Shown in pieces: positions 17,083-23,937 of a stretch of 24,000 bases of DNA. The position numbers were made by a program, and so were the translations under genes. The DNA lies in the NCBI GenBank assembly GCA_038874655.1, contig JAVZBY010000009.1, positions 19,156 to 43,155 on the forward strand, in the 5' to 3' direction. Below the pieces are notes generated by a model. It searched no databases. It saw only the letters and a list, made by a program, of their open reading frames with translations, and was not told where the DNA came from. Positions within the stretch are counted from its first letter, which is position 1; every line of letters starts with the position of its first letter. Source of the stretch: Candidatus Woesearchaeota archaeon (lineage in GTDB: Archaea > Nanobdellota > Nanobdellia > Woesearchaeales > GW2011-AR15).

Positions 17083-17155
17083 AGCCTCCGAAGGGAGTTG
17101 CACCCTCGACCTGCGGATTACAAGTCCGCCGCAATAGCTACTATGCTACGGAGGC
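17083..17155 (-). tRNA. tRNA-Thr (anticodon TGT), intronless, with atypical D and T loops
   Basis: The reverse complement folds as GCCTCCG-TA-GCAT-AGTAGCTA-TTGC-G-GCGGA-CTTGTAA-TCCGC-AGGTC-GAGGG-TGCAACT-CCCTT-CGGAGGC-T. All four stems are good. The D loop has no GG and the T loop reads TGC rather than TTC. A T-rich run follows on the minus strand. Confidence 0.72.
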
Positions 17156-17308
17156 ATATATAAAAATTATTAAACTAATAGGGTTTTGAATTTTATTTAT
17201 ATTTAAAAAAGTTTTCATAGATATTTATAAAGATTTAATTTAAAAAATTTTAAAAAAACAAAAAGAAAAAAAATTTATTATAAGAAAATGATTTTTAGAA
17301 TTATTTTA

Positions 17309-17467
17309 TCAATTTTTCTTATGATTTTGATAACATGTCCTACAATAGACAGGTTTGCCTTCTATAGGTTTAAAAGGAACTTCTGTTTCCTGACCACAGT
17401 CAGAGCAAATTGCTTTATGCATTTGCCTGTTGAAGTTTCTAAAACCTTGGCTTTTCATATATGCCAT
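17309..17467 (-). CDS. CxxC-x17-CxxC zinc-binding small protein
   Basis: My own translation (52 aa) is MAYMKSQGFRNFNRQMHKAICSDCGQETEVPFKPIEGKPVYCRTCYQNHKKN. Exactly 17 residues lie between CSDC and CRTC, with the family-typical VPFKP...PVYC. An AAGGTGA SD at 17472-17478 lies 4 nt before the ATG. The track ORF at 17288-17503(+) is its antisense shadow. Confidence 0.72.
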   Translation of the reverse strand: MAYMKSQGFRNFNRQMHKAICSDCGQETEVPFKPIEGKPVYCRTCYQNHKKN

Positions 17468-17681
17468 TATTTCACCTTATATATATTTAATGAAAATTCA
17501 TAACCTAACTAACTCTTATAGAATTAGCTGTTATAAATTATCACAAATTAATGAAAAAGAGAGATATTTATAAATGTATTTAAATTGCATTTTTTCTAAT
17601 TATAGAAAATAATTTAAATTATTTTAGTTTTCGGCTTATATAAAAACCTTATAAAAAAATTGTTAAAGATATTATTAAAAT

Positions 17682-17777
17682 GGGACCTTAGCTCAGCCTG
17701 GGAGAGCACTACGCTGAAGATAAAATATTATAAAATCTGAAACGTAGGTGTCCGGGATTCAAATTCCCGAGGTCCCA
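17682..17777 (+). tRNA. tRNA-Phe (anticodon GAA) with a 22-nt intron
   Basis: The fold is acceptor GGGACCT/AGGTCCC, D arm GCTC-AGCCTGGGA-GAGC, anticodon stem CTACG/CGTAG, loop CT-GAA-G[intron]A, variable GTGTC, T arm CGGGA-TTCAAAT-TCCCG, and discriminator A. Confidence 0.9.
17720..17741 (+). other. tRNA-Phe intron (37/38; placement ambiguous because CTGAA is repeated)
   Basis: The intron is ATAAAATATTATAAAATCTGAA. Its 3' end repeats the anticodon-loop string CTGAA. Confidence 0.65.
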
Positions 17778-17809
17778 TCTATTATTATAAAATTTAATGA
17801 AATAAATAA

Positions 17810-17907
17810 GGGCCCATAGCTTAGCCTGGTGGAGCGCTCGACTGATATCCAAAAGCTATAAAAGGCAAGAAATCGAGAGGTCGCCAGTTCAAATCTGGTT
17901 GGGCCCA
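17810..17907 (+). tRNA. tRNA-Ile (anticodon GAT) with a 24-nt intron
   Basis: The fold is acceptor GGGCCCA/TGGGCCC, D arm GCTT-AGCCTGGTG-GAGC, anticodon stem CTCGA/TCGAG, loop CT-GAT-A[intron]A, variable AGGTC, T arm GCCAG-TTCAAAT-CTGGT, and discriminator A. Confidence 0.9.
17848..17871 (+). other. tRNA-Ile intron at position 37/38 (boundaries +/-1 nt)
   Basis: TCCAAAAGCTATAAAAGGCAAGAA interrupts the anticodon loop. Confidence 0.7.
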
Positions 17908-17908
17908 C

Positions 17909-17914
17909 TTTTTT
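17909..17914 (+). terminator. T6 run after the tRNA-Phe/tRNA-Ile pair
   Basis: An oligo-T tract starts 2 nt after the tRNA-Ile discriminator. Confidence 0.45.
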
Positions 17915-18003
17915 ATTTGTGAATTTTTTATTTTATATTTTCTTATTATTATAAAATGTTTTAAGAAAATTATAAAAAAATAAGATTATTTATTTTTATT
18001 ATA

Positions 18004-18441
18004 ATGTCTTTAATTATAATTTCTGTTGGAAAATTAAAAAATAATTTCATAAAAGAACTTATAAAGGATTATTTAAAAAGATTGAACAAACTGAAAATTG
18101 AATTTATTGAAATTAAAGAAACTAATCCAATAAAAGAAAAAGAAGATATATTAAATAAAATTACTAAAATAGACAATAAGAATATTTTTTTACTTAGTGA
18201 GGAAGGTAAATTATTGGATTCCTATGGATTTACAAATATTTTAAAAGATAGTTTACTAAATAATACAAATTTAGTATTTGTTATAGGGAATTATTATGGA
18301 ATTGATATTTCCTTAAAAGAGAAATTTCCAATTTTATCTCTATCAAAAATGACATTCACTCATGAAATAGCAAGGTTATTGCTAATAGAACAAATTTACA
18401 GAGCATATACAATAATAAATAATCTTCCCTACCATAAATAA
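18004..18441 (+). CDS. rlmH: 23S rRNA (pseudouridine-N3) methyltransferase RlmH (SPOUT, YbeA/DUF163)
   Basis: The 145-aa ORF starts IIISVGKLKNNFIKELIKDYLKRL. It has VFVIGNYYGI and the C-terminal signature LSLSKMTFTHEIARLLLIEQIYRAYTIINNLPYHK. Confidence 0.87.
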   Translation: MSLIIISVGKLKNNFIKELIKDYLKRLNKLKIEFIEIKETNPIKEKEDILNKITKIDNKNIFLLSEEGKLLDSYGFTNILKDSLLNNTNLVFVIGNYYGIDISLKEKFPILSLSKMTFTHEIARLLLIEQIYRAYTIINNLPYHK

Positions 18442-18557
18442 GAATTAATATTATAATAAATTATAAGTTAATATCTTCACTGATTTTGTTATAATTTATA
18501 TAATCTTTTTGTATTATAACAATTAAGTTTTTTAATTTATTTAAAATCCCAATATTA

Positions 18558-19559
18558 ATGAGTAATATTTCAAAGGATTCAAAAAATAGTTTCATGATTA
18601 TATTAAATTTTTTTTTTATGATTTTTATATTTTTATTAATATTGAGAAGTGTAAATCCTATAGAAGATGCTAAAATTTATTCAATTTCTGCAACATATAA
18701 AATTAATGTAAATAATTCTGTGGAAGAATCTATAAACTACACATTAAGCTCTTCTATTAATAAAAGTTTAATCAAGATTTCCAAAGAATTTAGTGATTTA
18801 AGTATTAATGATGGAGTTAATGAATTAAACTACACTATAATCCCAAGTGAAAAATATAATATTATTAATCTTACTTTAAATAATACTGTAAAGCTCAATT
18901 TAAAATATGTTGCTTTAAATGAGATATTTCAAAAGAATAATGTTAATTTATTTTACACTAATTTTGATTTTAAAGAGCCTATAACAAAAGTGGATATTAA
19001 ATTTATACTCCCAAAGGGTTATTCAATATATAAAGAAGAATATTCTCCAAAAGATGCTAATATTGTTAGCGATGGTAATAACATTTTAATAATATGGACA
19101 AAAGGTGCTTATAAAAGTATGACTTATTCCGTTAGTTATTATAATCCGTTTTTGGAAGAAAATTTAAATAATTCTACAACTGAACAAAATAATCAAGAAG
19201 AATTATCAGAGATAGTTAAAATTTTTAATTTTATAAAAAACAATATTAGAAAATTGATAATTTTCATTTTAGGATTGCCCCTATTTTTTATTTTATTTAT
19301 ATTGTCAATAACTCTTTTTATTATTAAAAAATTTAAGAAAAATACTAATGAATTACTTTTAAAAGGATTTATGGAAGATGAGCAGAGAGCAATTTTATAT
19401 TTACAAAAAAATAGGGTTGTATGGCAAAATAAACTGAGAAAGGATTTAAACTTAAGTAGAGTAAAAACAACTAGAATAATAAAAAAATTAGAAGCTCAAG
19501 GTTTAATTAGAAAAGAAGATTTTGGAAAAACTAACAAGATTTTCTGGAATAGCAAATAG
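18558..19559 (+). CDS. membrane-anchored protein with an extracytoplasmic domain and a C-terminal cytoplasmic winged-HTH (MarR-like)
   Basis: The 333-aa ORF has an N-terminal signal anchor (FMIILNFFFMIFIFLLIL) and an Asn-rich external domain of about 200 aa. A second transmembrane helix follows (LIIFILGLPLFFILFILSITLFII), then the wHTH EQRAILYLQKNRVVWQNKLRKDLNLSRVKTTRIIKKLEAQGLIRKE. Confidence 0.7.
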   Translation: MSNISKDSKNSFMIILNFFFMIFIFLLILRSVNPIEDAKIYSISATYKINVNNSVEESINYTLSSSINKSLIKISKEFSDLSINDGVNELNYTIIPSEKYNIINLTLNNTVKLNLKYVALNEIFQKNNVNLFYTNFDFKEPITKVDIKFILPKGYSIYKEEYSPKDANIVSDGNNILIIWTKGAYKSMTYSVSYYNPFLEENLNNSTTEQNNQEELSEIVKIFNFIKNNIRKLIIFILGLPLFFILFILSITLFIIKKFKKNTNELLLKGFMEDEQRAILYLQKNRVVWQNKLRKDLNLSRVKTTRIIKKLEAQGLIRKEDFGKTNKIFWNSK

Positions 19560-19646
19560 TTAAAAGAAATATTTTTTATTATTGTTTCTTATTGTTTCAG
19601 TAAAAAAATATCTATTTGCAACAATTTCTTGTTATAGGTGATATTC

Positions 19647-19787
19647 ATGAATAAATTAAAACTACTTGTAAAAAAATTAAAAAATAGTTTATTAAAAAAT
19701 GAAGAAATTGATGCTATAACAATTATTGAATTAGAAGAATTAGGTTTTAAAATTTATCCGCCAACACAATACCCTGAAAAAAACTAA
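19647..19787 (+). CDS. possible 46-aa protein (orphan)
   Basis: The translation is MNKLKLLVKKLKNSLLKNEEIDAITIIELEELGFKIYPPTQYPEKN. An AGGTGAT SD at 19636-19642 lies 4 nt before the ATG, the same SD and spacing as two better-supported genes here. There is no homology evidence. Confidence 0.3.
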   Translation: MNKLKLLVKKLKNSLLKNEEIDAITIIELEELGFKIYPPTQYPEKN

Positions 19788-19837
19788 ATATTAAAAGATA
19801 TTAAAAACTGAAATATGACATTTTTTTGATAAGAATG

Positions 19838-19871
19838 GTTTTATAAGAGTAGTAGTTTTATAAGAATAGTT
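19838..19871 (+). repeat. Tandem 17-bp direct repeat with a TATA-like core
   Basis: GTTTTATAAGAGTAGTA (19838-19854) is followed by GTTTTATAAGAATAGTT (19855-19871), 15 of 17 identical. A third TTTTATAAGA lies at 19911-19920. Confidence 0.6.
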
Positions 19872-19910
19872 TTTGGTATTTTATATTTATGTAATCTAAA
19901 ATAGTTAATA

Positions 19911-19920
19911 TTTTATAAGA
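19911..19920 (+). promoter_or_regulatory. TATA-like box (TTTTATAAGA) for the helicase-fragment gene
   Basis: It is centred about 26 nt upstream of ATG 19941, the spacing recurrent in this window. An in-frame TAG directly precedes the ATG. Confidence 0.4.
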
Positions 19921-19940
19921 AAAATTTTTCTTTTAGTTAG

Positions 19941-21569
19941 ATGAGTGAAATTGAGGATATTAGTGATAATGCAACTATTAACTTAGTTTTAGACACATTG
20001 AAAAAAAATAAACAAGCATTAGTTTTTTGCAATACTAGGAAAAGCGCAGAAGCCACTGCTGAAAAGATTTCTAAATATATAAAAAATTTTGATAAAAATT
20101 TAGAAAATGAATGGCTTAATATAAGTGAATCTGCATTAAATGTTTTAAGCACACCTACAAAACAATGCCAAAGATTAGCTTTATGCTTAAAGAAAGGAAT
20201 TGCTTTTCACCATGCTGGATTACATTCTGAACAAAGAGCAATAGTTGAAAATAATTTTAGAAAAGGATTAATTAAAGTAATATGTGCTACACCAACTTTA
20301 GCTTATGGCTTAAATTTACCTGCGTTTAGAGCAATTATTAAAGATTTAAAGAGGTATGGTGGTAAATGGGGAATGGAATGGATCCCAACTTTAGAGTATC
20401 ACCAAATGGCAGGAAGAGCAGGAAGACCAGATTTTAATGATAAGTATGGTGAAGCTATATGTATAGCTAATAATGAAAAAGAGATTGATGAAATCTTAAA
20501 CAGGTTTATTAATGCACCACCTGAAAAAATTTATTCTAAGTTAGCTGTTGAACCAGTTTTGAGAACTTATTGTTTAAGTTTAATTGCTACAGATTATTGC
20601 AAAACTAAAGAAGATTTAATTAATTTTTTTGAAAAAACTTTTTATGGAAAACAATATGGAGATATGGAAAGATTAGCTAAAATAATTGATAAAATTTTAA
20701 ATTATTTAGAAGAATGGGAATTTATTATACTTCCTGATAAAAATAATGATTATGAATTGTCTAAAAAAGCAAGTAATTTAATTAGAGAAAGTGAGTTTAT
20801 ATCTGCTAATGATATTTTAAAAAATGAATATAATAATAAGGAAATAATTAAAATAACTAAGTTAGGACAAAGAGTTTCAGAACTTTATATAGATCCTTAT
20901 ACTGCAAATTTTATAATAACTTCTCTGAGAAGAGCAACAGGATTAAAAGTAAATGAATACTCTTTTATTCAAATGATTTCTTCTACTTTAGAATTAAGAC
21001 CCTTACCTAGTTTAAGAATGTCCGAGATAGAGGAGATTGAAAGTAAAATTGATGACTTAAATCTGATTATAAATAAACCTGATTATTTTGATGCTGATTA
21101 TGATGAGTTTTTAAAATCTATGAAATTAACTTATGCATTAATTGATTGGATGGAAGAAAAGACAGAAGATGATATATTAAACAAATATAATATTGCTCCT
21201 GGAGAATTAAATGTAAAAAAAGAATTAGCAGATTGGATATTATTTTCAACAGAGGAGTTATGTCATTTACTAGGTTTTATGGATATATTAAAAATAATAA
21301 AAAAAGCTAGATATAGGCTAGATAAAGGTATAAAAGAAGAATTAATACCTTTAACAAGATTAACAGGAATTGGTAGAGTTAGAGCAAGAATATTATTTAA
21401 AAACGGAATTAAAGATATTGGAGATATTAAAAAAACAGACTTAAATATTTTAACTCAATTAGTTGGAAAAAAGATTGCTGAAAATTTGAAAAATGAAACA
21501 GGAGACTTAAAAGAACCTATATCTGAAAGCAAAAGAAAAGGACAACTAAGTTTAGGAAAGTTTGATTAA
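19941..21569 (+). CDS. Hel308/Ski2-like DNA helicase, C-terminal part only (RecA2, winged helix, ratchet and HhH domains; RecA1 absent)
   Basis: The 542-aa ORF has motif IV QALVFCNTRKSAE, then FHHAGL, motif V ICATPTLAYGLNLPA and motif VI YHQMAGRAGRP. A long helical ratchet region follows, then a C-terminal HhH (LTRLTGIGRVRARILFKNGI). No GxGKT, DExH or SAT motifs occur in this ORF or in any frame of the 380 bp upstream. Confidence 0.85.
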   Translation: MSEIEDISDNATINLVLDTLKKNKQALVFCNTRKSAEATAEKISKYIKNFDKNLENEWLNISESALNVLSTPTKQCQRLALCLKKGIAFHHAGLHSEQRAIVENNFRKGLIKVICATPTLAYGLNLPAFRAIIKDLKRYGGKWGMEWIPTLEYHQMAGRAGRPDFNDKYGEAICIANNEKEIDEILNRFINAPPEKIYSKLAVEPVLRTYCLSLIATDYCKTKEDLINFFEKTFYGKQYGDMERLAKIIDKILNYLEEWEFIILPDKNNDYELSKKASNLIRESEFISANDILKNEYNNKEIIKITKLGQRVSELYIDPYTANFIITSLRRATGLKVNEYSFIQMISSTLELRPLPSLRMSEIEEIESKIDDLNLIINKPDYFDADYDEFLKSMKLTYALIDWMEEKTEDDILNKYNIAPGELNVKKELADWILFSTEELCHLLGFMDILKIIKKARYRLDKGIKEELIPLTRLTGIGRVRARILFKNGIKDIGDIKKTDLNILTQLVGKKIAENLKNETGDLKEPISESKRKGQLSLGKFD

Positions 21570-21613
21570 ATAAGTTAATTAGATTTTTATTTTTATTTTA
21601 TTTGCTAATTATT

Positions 21614-22846
21614 ATGCAACCTGTTATTGTTGGCATTGATCCTGGAACAACTAGTGCTTTTGCTATTTTGAGTTTTGATTTTAAAGTATTAAAAGTAAAA
21701 TCAAAGAAGAATTATTCTTTTCCTAGTTTAATATATGATATTTATAAATTTGGACTTCCAATTATTGTTGCAACAGATAAAAAGGATATTCCTTCTTTTA
21801 TAAAAGAATTTTCTCAAAAAACAGGGGCCAAGATTTATAATCCTAAATATGATACTAAAAAAGGTGAAAAACATTCTATTGTAAAAGAAAAAGGTTTTCT
21901 TGATTATTGTAAAAATACACATGAAACAGATGCTTTAGCAAGTGCCTTATTTGCTTATAGAGAATATTATCCAATAATAAGGAAAATAAAGAATTATGTA
22001 GAAGAAAATAAAAAACATAATTTAAAGGATTTGTTAATTATAAAAGTTTTAAATGAAGATAAAAATATAACAAAGGCTGTTAATGAATTAGAAAAAAAGA
22101 CAGAAACAAAAAAAATTGAAGTAAAGAAAATAAAAGAAATTATAAATAATGTATTGACAAAAGAAGAAAAAGAAGTATATTTACTTAAGAAAACAATTGA
22201 CAAACTAAGATTTGAAATTGAAACATTGAAAAAGGAAAATAAAGTATTAAAAGAAAAAAGAATTGACATAAATGAGGAAATAAAAAAAATAATTTCTTTT
22301 AAAGAAAAAAAAGCACTATCATTAATAAAAGAAAATAATTTTTTAAGAGAGAGAATTAAAGAAAAAAATATAAAAATTAGAGAGTTAAATGAATTTATAT
22401 TAAAAACAAAAAATTCTGTTTTAGTAAAAAAATTGAAAAATTTAAGCAATGTTGAATATGAAAAGAAAAAAGATATTTTAAAAATTGAAAAAGATGATAT
22501 TATTTTTATTGAAAATTTTGATTCCTTTAGTGAAAATGTTTTTAATAATCTAAAAGAAAATATAAAATTTATATTATATAATAGTAAAAAAGTTAGTATA
22601 GAGAACGATTTAAAATATAATTTAAAAGATTCAAAAAATAATATTATTGAAGTTTTAAAAAAATATTTTTTTTTAATAGATATTAATAAATTTACTTTTT
22701 ATGAAAATGAGAATTTTGTATTAATAAATAAAGATGAATTTAAAATAATATCAAAAAAATTAATAAATGAGACTAATAAAAATGATTTACTTAAAGAGAT
22801 CATAGAAAATTATAAACAAGAAAGAAAAAAAGAGTTGTTTGAGTGA
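21614..22846 (+). CDS. DUF460-family protein (predicted RNase H/RuvC-fold nuclease) with a long K/E-rich coiled-coil
   Basis: The N-terminus reads QPVIVGIDPGTTSAFAILSFDFKVL...PIIVATDK...THETDALASALFAYREY, an RNase-H-fold acidic-residue pattern typical of archaeal DUF460/COG2433. Residues about 130-300 show heptad-like K/E/I/L repeats. The ATG is at 21614; the track starts at TTG 21602. Confidence 0.75.
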   Translation: MQPVIVGIDPGTTSAFAILSFDFKVLKVKSKKNYSFPSLIYDIYKFGLPIIVATDKKDIPSFIKEFSQKTGAKIYNPKYDTKKGEKHSIVKEKGFLDYCKNTHETDALASALFAYREYYPIIRKIKNYVEENKKHNLKDLLIIKVLNEDKNITKAVNELEKKTETKKIEVKKIKEIINNVLTKEEKEVYLLKKTIDKLRFEIETLKKENKVLKEKRIDINEEIKKIISFKEKKALSLIKENNFLRERIKEKNIKIRELNEFILKTKNSVLVKKLKNLSNVEYEKKKDILKIEKDDIIFIENFDSFSENVFNNLKENIKFILYNSKKVSIENDLKYNLKDSKNNIIEVLKKYFFLIDINKFTFYENENFVLINKDEFKIISKKLINETNKNDLLKEIIENYKQERKKELFE

Positions 22847-22883
22847 TAGGAAAATTATAAAATAAAATTATAAAAAGTATGTA

Positions 22884-23852
22884 TTAATTGAGTAAATAAT
22901 AAATTCCCTCATCAAAAATAACTTTAACATTTTGTCCTAATTTAAATTCATAAGTTTCTATGTTTCTTAGTGTGTTTTTCACTGGCACACTTTGATATGT
23001 TTCCAAATCCATTATTTCTAGGTTTGGATAAACTTTTGTTATTTTAGTTTTATTTTTAGGGATGATTTGTATTTCTCTTTTATCAATTTTTTCTAATGAT
23101 TTCAGTGTTGTTTTTTTTCCTGTTTTTAAATCAATTGCATTTATTTCTTTTTGAACATTGGTTAAATAATAAAGATTATTCTCTATTTTTAAAACATCTC
23201 CTTTTTTATATTCTGGAGCTTCGTATAAAGCATTTACTCTATAGATTTGCTTACTTGTTAATCTATCTTGTGTAAATTGTCTAACGCTGATTTTAAGTTT
23301 GCCACCAAAATTTTTTTTTAAGTTTTGTGCTAAATTTTGTAGTTTTTTTTGATCAGAAATATCTAAGTCATAACCTGTTTCATTTTTTCTTTTATTTGCT
23401 ATTTTTAAATTATGGTTTTGAATATATTTTTCTATATAGTCTATAATTTCATCATTACTATTTCTTATTTGTAAGGTGCCTTCATAATATTTACTATGAG
23501 TTTTTGAACATTTTTCACAATAAGTATAATAAATTTGGGCAGGTATTAAAAATAAATTATTATTTTTTATTGCTTGAATTTCTATATTATATTTTAGTCC
23601 TGGTTTTTTTTGCTCTATCTTGTCAAAATCAATATTTGATAAATCAATTTCAACATTATCCTTTATTTTATCCTTTGCTATTTTTACTATTGCTTCATTT
23701 ATTTCTAAAGAAATCCATTTATTGTTTTTAAAAAATTTGCCACAATTTGCACATATTTTAATAATGATTTCCTTTGCTTTTATATCTTCTATAGGTTTAC
23801 ATTCCTCACAAAACCCATTTGATTTTTTTCCGCAGACAGGACAAAAGCTCAT
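22884..23852 (-). CDS. NMD3-family ribosomal large-subunit biogenesis/export factor homologue
   Basis: The 322-aa ORF has N-terminal Cys clusters FCPVCGKKSNGFCEECK and CANCGKFFKNNKW, followed by CEKCSKTHSKYYEGTLQIR. Confidence 0.83.
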   Translation of the reverse strand: MSFCPVCGKKSNGFCEECKPIEDIKAKEIIIKICANCGKFFKNNKWISLEINEAIVKIAKDKIKDNVEIDLSNIDFDKIEQKKPGLKYNIEIQAIKNNNLFLIPAQIYYTYCEKCSKTHSKYYEGTLQIRNSNDEIIDYIEKYIQNHNLKIANKRKNETGYDLDISDQKKLQNLAQNLKKNFGGKLKISVRQFTQDRLTSKQIYRVNALYEAPEYKKGDVLKIENNLYYLTNVQKEINAIDLKTGKKTTLKSLEKIDKREIQIIPKNKTKITKVYPNLEIMDLETYQSVPVKNTLRNIETYEFKLGQNVKVIFDEGIYYLLN

Positions 23853-23937
23853 ATTAAAGAAAAAATTGTTTATATTTAATAAGTTTAATATTTTTATAAC
23901 AAAATTTATTTAAATGAAAAGTGTTTCTTTTGAACTA

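Noticed and set aside
16921-17103. N-terminal 61 codons of the 1471-aa track ORF ([14 protein letters not shown]...ILFGGST)
   Set aside because: This stretch runs through the 3' part of tRNA-Thr (17083-17155) and its T-rich terminator, and it is low-complexity AT-driven sequence. A proper signal peptide ([20 protein letters not shown]) starts at Met62 and is preceded by a G-rich box, so I set the CDS start at 16920.
17288-17503. 71-aa plus-strand track ORF
   Set aside because: It is antisense to the well-supported CxxC-x17-CxxC gene (17309-17467, minus), which has an SD and a family-specific motif.
18486-18522. 10-bp inverted repeat TTGTTATAAT ... ATTATAACAA, with a 17-nt spacer, between rlmH and the membrane wHTH gene
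   Set aside because: It is pure A/T sequence in an AT-rich intergenic region, so chance occurrence is plausible. It could be a terminator or operator, but I have no supporting evidence.
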